Below are positions 63,084-64,000 of a stretch of DNA of 64,000 bases, in pieces. A program made the position numbers and the translations under genes. The first letter of the stretch is position 1. The number at the start of each line of letters is the position of its first letter. The notes beneath the pieces were generated by a model. The model saw only the letters and a program-made list of their open reading frames with translations, ran no database searches and was not told where the DNA came from. Source of the DNA: Alphaproteobacteria bacterium (GTDB taxonomy: Bacteria; Pseudomonadota; Alphaproteobacteria; UBA6615); the NCBI GenBank assembly GCA_965261975.1, contig CBDHEC010000057.1:32001-96000 (forward strand), read 5' to 3'.

Positions 63084-63644
63084 ATGACGAACCCGTCTCA
63101 GGAATTCCTCGTCGTCAGCGTGTTCGGCAATGTGGAAGCCTTCTCGACTGCACTGGAAGAACTCGTCGCGAGCGGGTTTCATGCCGCCGACATCAGCATC
63201 CTCGGCAATCATCAGTCACTTCTCGATCACTTCGGCACCATTCCCAACGTCGATGAACTCTCGGATCGAATGGACACCCCCCGAGATAATCTGGAAACCC
63301 ATCAAACTCTTGGCGACGTCGTCGACGTTCTGAGCAACACCATGGCGATCGTGGCGCAGATCGGATCAGCCGCCGCCGCATTTGCCGTCGGCGGCCCCAT
63401 CGGGGTCTCGACCGGCGCGGCCGCTGAAGCAGAAGAAAATCTCGGCGGATTTCTCGCACGGATCAGTGACGCGCAATGGCACCATCGCCTGGAGCAAAGT
63501 GTGAGTGATGGCGGGATCATATGCTGGGTACGTGCGCAGGACGACGATACGGCCAAATCGGCTGCAGCCATATTGGCGCAGGCCGGCGGCGATCATATTC
63601 ATCGGACCGATCCGCTTCCGCCGACCGTTTGGCCTATCGACTGA
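63084..63644 (+). CDS. Hypothetical protein with central glycine/alanine-rich hydrophobic segment
   Basis: GGAG RBS; VSVF...LEELVASGF..DISIL N-terminus; GGIICWVR...AAAILAQAGG C-terminus. Confidence 0.7.
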   Translation: MTNPSQEFLVVSVFGNVEAFSTALEELVASGFHAADISILGNHQSLLDHFGTIPNVDELSDRMDTPRDNLETHQTLGDVVDVLSNTMAIVAQIGSAAAAFAVGGPIGVSTGAAAEAEENLGGFLARISDAQWHHRLEQSVSDGGIICWVRAQDDDTAKSAAAILAQAGGDHIHRTDPLPPTVWPID

Positions 63645-63746
63645 TCGTCTTAGAGCGGCGGAAAGCGGCGGCAAGACCCTTGCTTTGCGCACGGTCGCGC
63701 ATCAGGCTACGCGGCAAATCAGAACAGGCTCCAAGGGGGAAGAGAC

Positions 63747-64000
63747 ATGCTTCATGAACTACGCACCTATACCGCACGCGCCGGCGCCGTACCCGACATC
63801 CTCAAGGTCAACGAAGAGGTCGGCCGCAAGGCACGCGGCAACGACTACGGGGTTCTGGAGGGTTACTGGTTCACTGAAATCGGCCCCCTGAACCAGGTCA
63901 TGCATCTGTGGCGCTACGACAGTTTCGAGGAGCGCGCACGCCTGCGCGCCGAGCTTGGCAAAAACGAAGACTGGACTCAGAAATATGTCCCGACCCTGCG
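63747..64000 (+). CDS. NIPSNAP family protein (partial, runs off the window)
   Basis: Hand translation MLHELRTYT...GYWFTEIGPLNQVMHLWRYDSFEERARLR; not in the ORF track. Confidence 0.88.
   Translation, partial: MLHELRTYTARAGAVPDILKVNEEVGRKARGNDYGVLEGYWFTEIGPLNQVMHLWRYDSFEERARLRAELGKNEDWTQKYVPTL

Overview
High-GC alphaproteobacterial chromosome window. A ~25-aa RpoB insert and the gene order point to Rhodospirillales or a relative. Positions 1-34.7 kb are core, all on the - strand. In transcription order they run tRNA-Tyr, tRNA-Gly, tuf, tRNA-Trp, secE, nusG, rplKAJL, rpoBC, rpsLG, fusA, a second identical tuf, the S10/spc/alpha ribosomal superoperon (with secY, adk, rpoA, rplQ), degP and a partial rarA. 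L1 and L10 autoregulatory leaders are recognisable. Positions 34.8-41.2 kb hold rlmB, an uncharacterised membrane protein, an hpnN-like MMPL/RND gene broken by one in-frame TAG, hpnM and tRNA-Thr(TGT). From 40 to 64 kb is an accessory catabolic region with no regulator. It has three ketopantoate-reductase-like paralogs, a GMC oxidoreductase, an amidohydrolase, a TRAP transporter whose binding protein lacks the carboxylate-binding Arg, an MDR reductase, two 2OG-Fe(II) oxygenases and a MetE-like zinc enzyme. It also has RidA, two flavin monooxygenases, FAH and ThDP enzymes, a tandem pair of 4-TM proteins differing by His/Met swaps, and NIPSNAP. Several scars are visible that the ORF track does not call as genes: a displaced tRNA-Thr 3' half (old att site), a decayed gene fragment beside the tRNA, and an adenylate-cyclase-like start (MERRLAAILAA) inside the linker of an apparent oxygenase-MetE fusion. 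All calls come from reading motifs by eye; no database searches were run.
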